DNA of 43,630 nucleotides from a virus. Taxonomy: Duplodnaviria > Caudoviricetes. Every line of letters starts with the position of its first letter. Position 1 is the first letter of the stretch. Under the pieces are notes generated by a model that was given only the letters and a program-made list of their open reading frames with translations, searched no databases and had not been told where the DNA came from. The position numbers were made by a program, and so were the translations under genes. The stretch spans positions 1 through 43,630 of IMG/VR virus record IMGVR_UViG_3300030061_001151, one strand, 5' to 3'. Shown here in pieces: positions 38,800-43,630 of this stretch.

Positions 38800-39483
38800 T
38801 TATATCACCTGTTTTTCTTCCGAGTTTAATACCTCTGAAAGCCTTTTTGCTAACACTTTTCCGAATCCGTCTAGCATAGCAATCTCTGACGGTTCTGCTT
38901 CTCCTATTTCCATAATAGAACCAAACTCCTTGATTAAAAGTTTAGCCTTCTTTTCACTAATACCTTTTACAGTCATTAGCACATCAATCCTTAAATCAGA
39001 TGTACTTATTTTACGTTGTTTAATTAAACGAGGATTGTATACATCTCGATTGATAGGTTGCATTTTACAAACTACGGCAATTAATTGTGCCGCAATTTTT
39101 TCGTTAGGAACAAATAATATATTACAATCTAAATCTAATATTATTTTTCCCATTGCTCCATAGAATTTATTTTTAACCATACCATATGGTGATTTACCAT
39201 ATTGTCTATATTCTTTGTAAGCATCTTGAAAAGAACCATAAACAATAACTAAATTATTGTCAAAGGCTCTATCCATATTATCTAGTTGATTCCAAAGACG
39301 TTTATTCAAAACTGATAATAAAAAATCGTATGCAGATTTTGCTTCAAAACATACATCATTAAATGTATAGTCTCCGATTTCTAACCATTCTTTTTCAAAT
39401 TGAATATTCATTTCATGACATTTAATTAATACTTCATCTGTCAATTTTGAATCTTCACGACTATCAATTAATAGTTTATTCAT
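38800..39483 (-). CDS. ERCC4/XPF-family structure-specific nuclease with tandem HhH
   Basis: IDSRE, LEIGDY, FEAKS..D, plus HhH motifs VKGISEKKA and LDGFGKVLA. Confidence 0.88.
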   Translation of the reverse strand: MNKLLIDSREDSKLTDEVLIKCHEMNIQFEKEWLEIGDYTFNDVCFEAKSAYDFLLSVLNKRLWNQLDNMDRAFDNNLVIVYGSFQDAYKEYRQYGKSPYGMVKNKFYGAMGKIILDLDCNILFVPNEKIAAQLIAVVCKMQPINRDVYNPRLIKQRKISTSDLRIDVLMTVKGISEKKAKLLIKEFGSIMEIGEAEPSEIAMLDGFGKVLAKRLSEVLNSEEKQVI

Positions 39484-40463
39484 TCAGTGTACCTCCAACA
39501 TTTACCTACACAATATCCTTGTGGGATTAATACAGATTTACAACCTGCGGCATTGTATCCTTTTCTAACAATTCCTGACACATAGCCCCTAGTTTTAGAG
39601 GCATCCCAATCCAACCAAATATCTTCTCCACTGGCAATTAATTCTAATTCTGTCATAATTGCTTCAATGATTTCTTCTTGTTTTTGAATTCCTATATGTC
39701 TATCACCTAATGATAACAAATCTCTATACCATTGAATCAAATAAACTCTAGCATAATGACTAGGGTTTTCAACTGTAATTGCATTATGTAAACAAGGTAG
39801 TAATGGTAATCTACCAATAGGTTTTGGTATTTCTACTTCTACATCAGAAAGTTCCATTGATTTTACTACAGGCCATTTTATCAAACCACCTTCAATCCTA
39901 GAAGAAACTAGATGTGGTTTTTTGGCTAGGTCTAGTATTGTATCTAAATCATATTTCTTATCTAGTGGAATACAAAAATATCCATCACTACTTAGATTCA
40001 TCGAATTAGGTAATCTACGAAGTCTTTTAGTTTGTATACCTGTTCTATCAAGGGTAGGATAATCAATAGCCATCTTGGTATAATACTGTTGAATGCGTCT
40101 GATATCATCTACAACTTCACCATAGACTATCATGTGAAAACCTTTTCCACTAAAGAAAGAATCAAACTTAATTTCTTGGTCGATATAATAATCTCTTAAC
40201 TTGTCATAATCATTGTATGCTTCTATTAAGGGTTTATCATGAGCATCAAAATCTAAAAACATTCTGTCTAGTATAACACTGTGGTCTAGTTGTATTGACT
40301 CTGAATATTCTGCAAAATCATACACCGTAGTATAACAGTTCATTATACCGTTATGTAAATTAAACCATTCGATAAATTCACTTTTTGAGTGCATCACTCT
40401 TCTTGGGAACTGTCTTGCTCCTTTTAGATGACTTCCCGACCAAACTGTTCTTGGAAACTTCAT
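39480..40463 (-). CDS. Archaeo-eukaryotic primase: PriS catalytic domain fused to a PriL C-terminal Fe-S-like domain
   Basis: FLDFD, SGKGFH and RLRRLPNS, then LPCL...HYAR...C..L...C...C. A GGAGG SD favours the MKFPR start. Confidence 0.85.
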   Translation of the reverse strand: MKFPRTVWSGSHLKGARQFPRRVMHSKSEFIEWFNLHNGIMNCYTTVYDFAEYSESIQLDHSVILDRMFLDFDAHDKPLIEAYNDYDKLRDYYIDQEIKFDSFFSGKGFHMIVYGEVVDDIRRIQQYYTKMAIDYPTLDRTGIQTKRLRRLPNSMNLSSDGYFCIPLDKKYDLDTILDLAKKPHLVSSRIEGGLIKWPVVKSMELSDVEVEIPKPIGRLPLLPCLHNAITVENPSHYARVYLIQWYRDLLSLGDRHIGIQKQEEIIEAIMTELELIASGEDIWLDWDASKTRGYVSGIVRKGYNAAGCKSVLIPQGYCVGKCWRYTE

Positions 40464-40836
40464 TATTCTCAACCTCCTTATTGAAATTTATATTTGCATT
40501 CATTAATTGTTCTTTCAGTACATTTGCTATTGTTACATCTAAATGTTCTGATACTGTTCTAGAAAATATATCTTGAAATTCCCAACTATCAGGAATAATA
40601 TTTACCATGAATGGTGGGTTTATAGCAACCTTTTCATTATTTATTATTTGTTGACTAACTTCTATAGATTCAGGAGAATAAATAGATTTGTTAAATATAA
40701 ATTCTAACTGTTCTCCTATTGTCATTGAATCTTGTAATTTTAATTGAAACTCGTCAATTATACCTTGCATATCTTGAAAGTCTGCAAATGTCCATTTTCG
40801 TTCTTTTAATAATTGTTTAATTTTTTCTTCTATCAT
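40378..40836 (-). CDS. Hypothetical protein
   Basis: 152-aa ORF with a GGAG SD. Its 3' end overlaps the primase start. Confidence 0.65.
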   Translation of the reverse strand: MIEEKIKQLLKERKWTFADFQDMQGIIDEFQLKLQDSMTIGEQLEFIFNKSIYSPESIEVSQQIINNEKVAINPPFMVNIIPDSWEFQDIFSRTVSEHLDVTIANVLKEQLMNANINFNKEVENNEVSKNSLVGKSSKRSKTVPKKSDALKK

Positions 40837-40873
40837 TTTTTATTTCTCCATAATTTTGTATTTGATATTATTC

Positions 40874-41032
40874 TCATAACATAACCAACCCATAATATCC
40901 ATTACCTCTAATTGGTAAGCCCATATACATAGCATAACATTTTTCAGAACAAAATACTCTTGTTCCTACGGCTAAATTTTCTACTATGTATTTTGCTTTT
41001 TTATCGCACATTGTACATTCGTTTCCCATCAT
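40874..41032 (-). CDS. Small TRASH/FCS-type Zn-finger protein, 52 aa
   Basis: Hand-translated MMGNECTMCDKK...VFCSEKCY. ATGA overlap with the Cas4-like gene. Confidence 0.65.
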   Translation of the reverse strand: MMGNECTMCDKKAKYIVENLAVGTRVFCSEKCYAMYMGLPIRGNGYYGLVML

Positions 41033-41913
41033 AACCAACTCTCCGTATTAGCCGCATCGCATATTCCAAAAAAACTACAAGAAGCACAAGTTCTTGCAAA
41101 ATATTTAGTGGGGAATACTCCGTGTTCATATGCGTATATCAATTCTGCGATTCCTTTCTTTACTGATGTAACACTACTAGGTTTCATCTTTTCCATATGT
41201 AAATAATTAGATGCAGGGTAATACCATCCCCAATGAGTAATTGGTATATTTCTGTCTAAGTTTGCACTTTCTAATAATTCATCAGAGGCGTTCTCGAATA
41301 GTAATTTGTAAAAGGCCATTTCCTTTCTCATCATTGTTGTTTTGTAATCTTTCCAAAGACCTGTTTTTAATTCCATAGGGATATATGAACCGTCTTCATA
41401 AAACATACGGTCAATAATACCTTGAAGATGTACAGTGTAATCTCTTTTCAGTGTATACTTTGGGTTATCGTATTGACCTACAGTAATCTTAGCATCTAGT
41501 AATACTTCATTAACAACAGGAATAAAATCATCTAACGTATTTTGTTCTTTGGCTTCTATAAATCTATTAGCCTCAAAGATAGCCATAGTTTCATACATCT
41601 CCGTATAGTCATCTATAGGGTGTAGGCTAAGACAATAATTAATTAATTCTGAATGTGACATATCTTCTGCTTTAGCAATGTCAAAATCATCAAAGAATGC
41701 TTCTCTAGCATTGTGAATAATAGTACCCTTATACATTGCTTCAGTTGTATCTTGAGGTAATCTTTCGATATATGAAAATTGATATTTTTTAGGACACCAT
41801 TGGAAAGAACCAAATGATGATTTAGTTATTTTTAATATTGGTAAATCTTCATCACCATATGTATCTGCTACCCATTGATATGTATATTCATTTGTATTAC
41901 TACTTCTTGTCAT
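41029..41913 (-). CDS. Cas4-like PD-(D/E)xK nuclease with an Fe-S cluster motif
   Basis: WCPKKY, GTIIH, GIIDR, ELKTG and CASCSFFGIC. Start placed at ATG 41913 (TAATG overlap with the PolB fragment, GAGGAG SD). Confidence 0.85.
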   Translation of the reverse strand: MTRSSNTNEYTYQWVADTYGDEDLPILKITKSSFGSFQWCPKKYQFSYIERLPQDTTEAMYKGTIIHNAREAFFDDFDIAKAEDMSHSELINYCLSLHPIDDYTEMYETMAIFEANRFIEAKEQNTLDDFIPVVNEVLLDAKITVGQYDNPKYTLKRDYTVHLQGIIDRMFYEDGSYIPMELKTGLWKDYKTTMMRKEMAFYKLLFENASDELLESANLDRNIPITHWGWYYPASNYLHMEKMKPSSVTSVKKGIAELIYAYEHGVFPTKYFARTCASCSFFGICDAANTESWL

Positions 41914-42815
41914 TAAAACCACTCCTCTAAATCTTTTTGATTGTTGTCTTTTGTTATATTCGCAGTTGACCAACCCATTGCTAAATAAACTGGTTCTGCT
42001 TTCTTCACTACAGTATTGGCATAATAAAACCAATCAATAGAACTACGTGAAGATTTTAAAAATAGTTCTATTTCTTTTTCGTTATTTGCAGAATACCATG
42101 TTGTTATGATAGTCTGTTGAGTAACAGGATGTAAAAACTTATTATTACTGTTTTCTTTTATTTTACAATATAAATATGAATCAGTAATAGGAGAGTTATT
42201 TGGAAGATTATTATAAAATAACACACCTGCAATCCCTGCTCCTACTGTAACATTTTTACCTTCTGTTGTTTGTAATTTAGGTAAACTACAACAAGGATTC
42301 ATTACTAATTCATTTAGATTAGAATTTCTTTTACATGTTTTACATTCTACTTGAAATCTAACATCTCGATATCTACTTCTTTTCGTAATTTCTGACAAAG
42401 GTACATTTCCATTTAATACTTCATAATACTTATCATTAAGATAAGAACTAATCTCTTCTTCAGTTTTACTTTCTGCCCACATTCTTAGTACAGTAAGTTG
42501 CACTTCTTTAGATAACTTCGTTTCAGAAACTCTTTTTGCAGTAAATCCTGTCATAGTAAATTCCATTTCTTCTAAGTCTTCACCATCTTTCCATGTTATT
42601 AGTCCTGCATTCCTATTCTTAGTTACACCTACACCAAGACTATGAAAATACTTTTCAAATTCTAGAACAACAGGGTGTTCTTCTAAATTTAGAATATTGG
42701 GAAAACTTTTCCTAACGTGCTTGTTTAGAACGTCTAATGTTTTTTTAGATTCTTCTATACTATCTATTTGTACATAAATAGAATCGGTATGTCCATAAAC
42801 TACTTTCAAGGCCAC
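41913..42815 (-). CDS. polB: Family B DNA polymerase, C-terminal fragment of a split gene
   Basis: Starts at the motif C variant YGHTDS, followed by LEFEK, KNRNAG and thumb region. There is an in-frame stop just before the start, and no exonuclease domain or motifs A/B. Confidence 0.88.
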   Translation of the reverse strand: MALKVVYGHTDSIYVQIDSIEESKKTLDVLNKHVRKSFPNILNLEEHPVVLEFEKYFHSLGVGVTKNRNAGLITWKDGEDLEEMEFTMTGFTAKRVSETKLSKEVQLTVLRMWAESKTEEEISSYLNDKYYEVLNGNVPLSEITKRSRYRDVRFQVECKTCKRNSNLNELVMNPCCSLPKLQTTEGKNVTVGAGIAGVLFYNNLPNNSPITDSYLYCKIKENSNNKFLHPVTQQTIITTWYSANNEKEIELFLKSSRSSIDWFYYANTVVKKAEPVYLAMGWSTANITKDNNQKDLEEWF

Positions 42816-42946
42816 TCAACTCCATCTTGAATAATCTTATATGTTGTACGCACGTTTTCTAGTAGAATATATCCTACACATATTAAAAAACCTAAACCTG
42901 CACAACACGCACCGTACAATAATAAATCTATACTTTCAATTGTCAT
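42806..42946 (-). CDS. Small single-pass membrane protein, 46 aa
   Basis: Hand-translated MTIESIDLLLYGACCAGLGFLICVGYILLEN...EWP. Overlaps both neighbours. Confidence 0.6.
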   Translation of the reverse strand: MTIESIDLLLYGACCAGLGFLICVGYILLENVRTTYKIIQDGVEWP

Positions 42947-43172
42947 TTCTTTTAATCCCCCAATTCTTGTAAGTTAAACCTTGTAAAGCAACACCTGTAA
43001 ATAATCCAATAGTAATATCTGTTACGGTAATAAACATAAATCCTAACAATATAAGTGAAGACCATATCCAATGATGTAAGTGATATTTCTCTGTTTTCAA
43101 AGAAGGTACTCTAGGCACTGCCCATTTTGCTAATGCAAACCCACCTATTACAGATAAACTATACATTAACAT
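42936..43172 (-). CDS. Small multi-pass membrane protein with an HLHHW motif
   Basis: Start placed at ATG 43172 (TAATG overlap with the Rep-like gene). Three hydrophobic segments. Confidence 0.65.
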   Translation of the reverse strand: MLMYSLSVIGGFALAKWAVPRVPSLKTEKYHLHHWIWSSLILLGFMFITVTDITIGLFTGVALQGLTYKNWGIKRNDN

Positions 43173-43516
43173 TATTCTTCCTCTCCTTCTATTTCGTTCA
43201 CCCAAACACCTAGTTCCCAAGGGCCATCAACTCTAGTTGACTCTTTCATACAGTAGTTTCTTGCCTGTTCTCTAGTTCCATAGCGGAAACTGTACCACGC
43301 CCTACCCATTGTTTCTTTCACATCCATGAATTTTACTTCTCCTTTGAACTCGACATAGCCTTGAATGTGTTCTATAGTCTCCTTTTCGAGTTGATAGACT
43401 AGGTAAGACACTCTATCATCTGTTAGGAGTTTGTGCATCCCACCTATTTTCGGATTGTTAACAGTAAATACAAAACCAGTATGTTTTTTTGACATTCTTG
43501 CAGATTTTGACAACAT
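43172..43516 (-). CDS. rep: CRESS-DNA-virus-type Rep HUH endonuclease domain, stand-alone with no helicase
   Basis: Rolling-circle motif I FVFTVNNP, motif II EHIQGYVEF, motif III ARNYCMKE, then TRVDGPWELG. Confidence 0.85.
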   Translation of the reverse strand: MLSKSARMSKKHTGFVFTVNNPKIGGMHKLLTDDRVSYLVYQLEKETIEHIQGYVEFKGEVKFMDVKETMGRAWYSFRYGTREQARNYCMKESTRVDGPWELGVWVNEIEGEEE

Positions 43517-43517
43517 G

Positions 43518-43610
43518 TTACTTACTCCACTCTATAAAATAATGATGATAACATTCACCATGCATAAACATCGCTTTGTCACAACCTTTTCTAGTACACT
43601 TTCTTATCAT
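43518..43610 (-). CDS. Micro Zn-finger protein, 30 aa (Cx4C...CxxH)
   Basis: Hand-translated MIRKCTRKGCDKAMFMHGECYHHYFIEWSK. GGAGG SD. Confidence 0.6.
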   Translation of the reverse strand: MIRKCTRKGCDKAMFMHGECYHHYFIEWSK

Positions 43611-43630
43611 TTTTTTTCCTCCTTCTTTCT

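Noticed and set aside
36112-40576. Plus-strand ORFs in the replication region (36112, 36266, 36357, 36979, 37805, 38306, 38930, 40385)
   Set aside because: They are antisense to well-supported minus-strand genes.
41029-41913. Cas4-like gene as evidence of a CRISPR-Cas system
   Set aside because: No repeat-spacer array or other cas genes are visible. Solo Cas4-like nucleases are common in archaeal virus replication modules.
41914-42033. 5' extension of the Cas4-like ORF given in the track
   Set aside because: It overlaps the PolB 3' end. The SD and TAATG coupling support a start at 41913.
42816-43630. Region upstream of the PolB fragment as an intein or self-splicing intron
   Set aside because: No intein terminal motifs or recognisable intron core. 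The region is tiled by small genes with their own SD sites. Splicing cannot be fully excluded without the upstream sequence.
1-43630. tRNA, rRNA, integrase, terminase and portal genes
   Set aside because: None was recognisable by eye. Terminase and portal probably lie left of the window.

Overview
AT-rich fragment of a tailed dsDNA archaeal virus (Caudoviricetes). Gene content and order most resemble 'magroviruses' of marine group II Euryarchaeota (Poseidoniales); this is recognition from memory, not a database hit. The archaeal host is supported by GGTGA/GGAGG Shine-Dalgarno sites, a TATA box, and archaeal-type replication genes. The + strand (1-35553) is the virion module: head-associated proteins, an ATP-dependent ligase, prohead protease/scaffold, major capsid, neck, tail tube, a tail chaperone with a -1 frameshift, a short tape measure, and 2359-aa and 2955-aa tail proteins. 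The convergent - strand (35550-43630) is the replication module: DEDD exonuclease, MCM-like ATPase, ERCC4 nuclease, PriS-PriL fusion primase, Cas4-like nuclease, the C-terminal half of a split PolB, and many micro-ORFs. Two observations stand out. First, a five-gene cassette (7093-9807) built around a complete Arf-like small GTPase, with membrane and Zn-finger partners, sits between the capsid and neck genes. Second, a stand-alone circovirus/nanovirus-type Rep HUH endonuclease lies just upstream of the split PolB fragment.
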